From IMG/VR virus record IMGVR_UViG_3300049795_000021, positions 1-40,374 of that record: DNA of 40,374 bases; one strand, written 5' to 3'. The position numbers and the translations under genes are program-made. Positions within the stretch are counted from its first letter, which is position 1. Each line of letters begins with the position of its first letter. The notes beneath the pieces were generated by a model that was not told where the DNA came from, did no database searches, and was given only the letters and a program-made list of their open reading frames with translations. This DNA comes from a virus. Positions 38,733 through 40,374 of this stretch are shown in pieces.

Positions 38733-39035
38733 ATGCGCCGTTCCACCCGGAGCGTCCCGACCGGCCCCGGCTCAAGGGGCGGGCACTGGCATGACCCCGA
38801 GTGGCGACGCGAGTATCACCGTCGATGGCGAGCCAACCATCCCGATTACCGAGAGCGGGATGCCTTGCGGATGGCCAGAACTCGGGCACGACAGCGTGGC
38901 GAGGACCCCGACATGTTGACCCGGCTGACGCGGGGCCTCTTGCCGATCCTCGCCGCGCGCTGCGCCTGTTCCTGCGGGTGCGCCGCCGAGGTCGTCCTGT
39001 TGTGCGGCTTTTGCCGTGAGGAGCTCCACACATGA
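38733..39035 (+). CDS. Arg/Trp-rich small protein with a C-terminal Cys cluster
   Basis: 100 aa. HWHDPEWRREYHRRWRANHPDYRERDA, then CACSCGC ... CGFC. ATGA coupling to the endolysin gene. Confidence 0.5.
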   Translation: MRRSTRSVPTGPGSRGGHWHDPEWRREYHRRWRANHPDYRERDALRMARTRARQRGEDPDMLTRLTRGLLPILAARCACSCGCAAEVVLLCGFCREELHT

Positions 39036-39802
39036 CCATCGAGGGAATCGACGTCAGTCGGTGGCAGGCCACGACTCCCAGCCTCGTCGGCAAGTCGTTC
39101 CTGTTCGCCCGGGCGACGTACGGCACGTTCACCGACGCGATGTATGCGACGCACATCATCAACGCCCGCGCAGCCGGGCTCGTCGCCGGGGCTTACCACT
39201 TTGGCCGCGCCGGGAACGTCCCCGGACAGGTCGCGGCCTTCCTCGCCCGAGCGGGCGATGCCGACCTGTTCTGCCTCGATCTGGAATCCGACGGCGCTAG
39301 CTCGATGTCGCTCGGCGAGGCGCAGGCGTTCATCGTCGCCGTCCACGCGTCAGGTCGGAAGATCGGGCTGTACCACTCGGACTCGGGGTTCGCGCACATC
39401 GGGCAGGACTGGGATTGGGTCGCCAATTGGTCGCAGGTTCCGGCCCGCCCGTGGACGTTCTGGCAGTACGGCGGCTCCGGCGTCGACCGGGACAAATTCA
39501 ACGGGACGCTGGCGCAGCTTCAAGCCCTCGTCCACCCCGCCATCCCGAAGACGTGGACCGCTCACGTCCCGGCCGGAGGGGCCTACACAAGCTACAAGGT
39601 GGTGAAGGTCAACGGCACGTGGAAGATCATCGATCACCACAACTGGCGGACGCCGCACGGCTTCACGCTCCCCTGCACCGGGCCGTACCCGGTCCGCCGA
39701 GGAACGATCCCGGAAACGCGCGTCCAGCTCGTGAAGATCACCAAGCCGGGTGCCTCGTACGACGGCATCTGGATCGCCGCTGGTTTTGCGAGGACCACAT
39801 GA
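39032..39802 (+). CDS. Endolysin: glycoside hydrolase family 25 muramidase with a C-terminal putative wall-binding domain
   Basis: 256 aa. GH25 pattern IEGIDVSRWQ ... FLFARATYG ... AGLVAGAYHF ... FCLDLES ... WQYGG. About 80 aa of C-terminal extension. Confidence 0.8.
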   Translation: MTIEGIDVSRWQATTPSLVGKSFLFARATYGTFTDAMYATHIINARAAGLVAGAYHFGRAGNVPGQVAAFLARAGDADLFCLDLESDGASSMSLGEAQAFIVAVHASGRKIGLYHSDSGFAHIGQDWDWVANWSQVPARPWTFWQYGGSGVDRDKFNGTLAQLQALVHPAIPKTWTAHVPAGGAYTSYKVVKVNGTWKIIDHHNWRTPHGFTLPCTGPYPVRRGTIPETRVQLVKITKPGASYDGIWIAAGFARTT

Positions 39803-39960
39803 CCGAAATCGACACCGACGAGCTGCTCCCCGACGGCCAGCCTGCCGACACCGACGACGAGGCCGAACCAGACGACGGCGACGCCACCGAGGACCCCGAG
39901 CCGATGCAGGCGGGCGAGACGGAACCTGATGCGGAGCCTGCGAGCGGGACGGAGCCGTGA
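39799..39960 (+). CDS. Extremely acidic 53-aa protein
   Basis: ATGA overlap. MTEIDTDELLPDGQPADTDDEAEPDDGDATEDPEPMQAGETEPDAEPASGTEP has 21 D/E and no K/R. Confidence 0.5.
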   Translation: MTEIDTDELLPDGQPADTDDEAEPDDGDATEDPEPMQAGETEPDAEPASGTEP

Positions 39961-40232
39961 TGGGCATCGACACGATCAAAGTCGTCTACACCTACTCGAT
40001 CGCGACCATCGTCATCGTTGCCGGCTTCGCGATCCTGTACTTCAGCCGGCTTGACCCACCGACACCGAACAGCCTCGGCCTGGTCATGGCGGGCTTCATT
40101 GGCGCGGCCATCCAGTTTGTGTTCAACCGCGAGACCCAGACCTCGACGGCGCGCCAAGTCGAGCGGGCCACGGCGGCCGGAGTCGCGTCGCAGCCGACTG
40201 CGACACCAATCGAATCAGTAGCAGGAGGCTGA
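39957..40232 (+). CDS. Holin-like protein (two TM segments)
   Basis: GTGATG start overlapping the upstream stop. 91 aa. TM1 is YSIATIVIVAGFAILYF and TM2 is LGLVMAGFIGAAIQFVF, with a hydrophilic C-terminus. Adjacent to the endolysin. Confidence 0.6.
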   Translation: MMGIDTIKVVYTYSIATIVIVAGFAILYFSRLDPPTPNSLGLVMAGFIGAAIQFVFNRETQTSTARQVERATAAGVASQPTATPIESVAGG

Positions 40233-40235
40233 AAT

Positions 40236-40352
40236 ATGCCAACCATTCCCGGAGGCGTCTGGCAGATCATCCTGTGGATCGTCCTCGCCCTGATCGCCGT
40301 GTTCCTGTTCCAAAATATCGTCCTGCCGCTCATCCACACGATCCAGAAGTAA
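40236..40352 (+). CDS. Small 1-TM peptide of the lysis cassette (holin/antiholin-accessory candidate)
   Basis: 38 aa: MPTIPGGVWQIILWIVLALIAVFLFQNIVLPLIHTIQK. AGGAGG RBS at 40223-40228. It was too short for the ORF track. Confidence 0.5.
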   Translation: MPTIPGGVWQIILWIVLALIAVFLFQNIVLPLIHTIQK

Positions 40353-40374
40353 AGGAAGGAAACTCCGATGGCCG
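40248..40374. repeat. Terminal direct repeat, right copy. Identical to 1-127.
   Basis: Same comparison as the left copy. The 127-nt length matches a common maximum assembler k-mer. Confidence 0.9.

Noticed and set aside
38728-38919. 63-aa + strand ORF overlapping 38733..39035 in another frame
   Set aside because: The 38733 frame continues to an ATGA coupling with the endolysin and contains a coherent Cys cluster. The alternative frame ends internally with no coupling.

Overview
The window appears to be one complete dsDNA tailed-phage (siphovirus-type) genome from a high-GC, probably actinobacterial host. It is assembled as a circle: bases 1-127 are identical to 40248-40374, giving a unit length of 40,247 bp. 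Nearly all genes are on the + strand and tightly packed, with many ATGA/GTGA stop-start overlaps and GTG starts.

Gene order:
- Tail end of the lysis cassette, which wraps around the contig ends.
- Three small genes, then the small and large terminase.
- A reverse-strand two-gene cassette with its own promoter.
- A portal-MuF fusion.
- An unusual four-gene insertion: two unknowns, a LamG/ConA-like protein with a signal-peptide-like N-terminus and atypical codon usage, and a Ser/Thr-rich protein made of about 14 tandem 22-aa repeats.
- Prohead protease and an HK97-like major capsid protein.
- A four-gene glycosyltransferase cassette inside the structural operon.
- Head-tail connector genes and the major tail protein.
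- Tail assembly chaperone with a canonical -1 frameshift site (CCCTTTA), tape measure, minor tail and fibre genes.
- A sigma-A-like leaderless promoter driving an XRE/Cro-like regulator.
- An early region with three HNH endonucleases, an ERF recombinase, many small zinc-ribbon proteins, an (SAAR)n repeat protein and a tandem array of mosaic paralogs sharing an SSPDPL motif.
- One reverse-strand Cys/His-rich gene with its own consensus promoter.
- A 330-bp lower-GC non-coding region.
- A lysis cassette: GH25 endolysin, an extremely acidic 53-aa protein, a 2-TM holin-like protein and a 1-TM peptide.

I found no integrase, CI-type repressor, tRNA, CRISPR array or DNA polymerase. All family assignments come from motifs read by eye. 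No database search was run.
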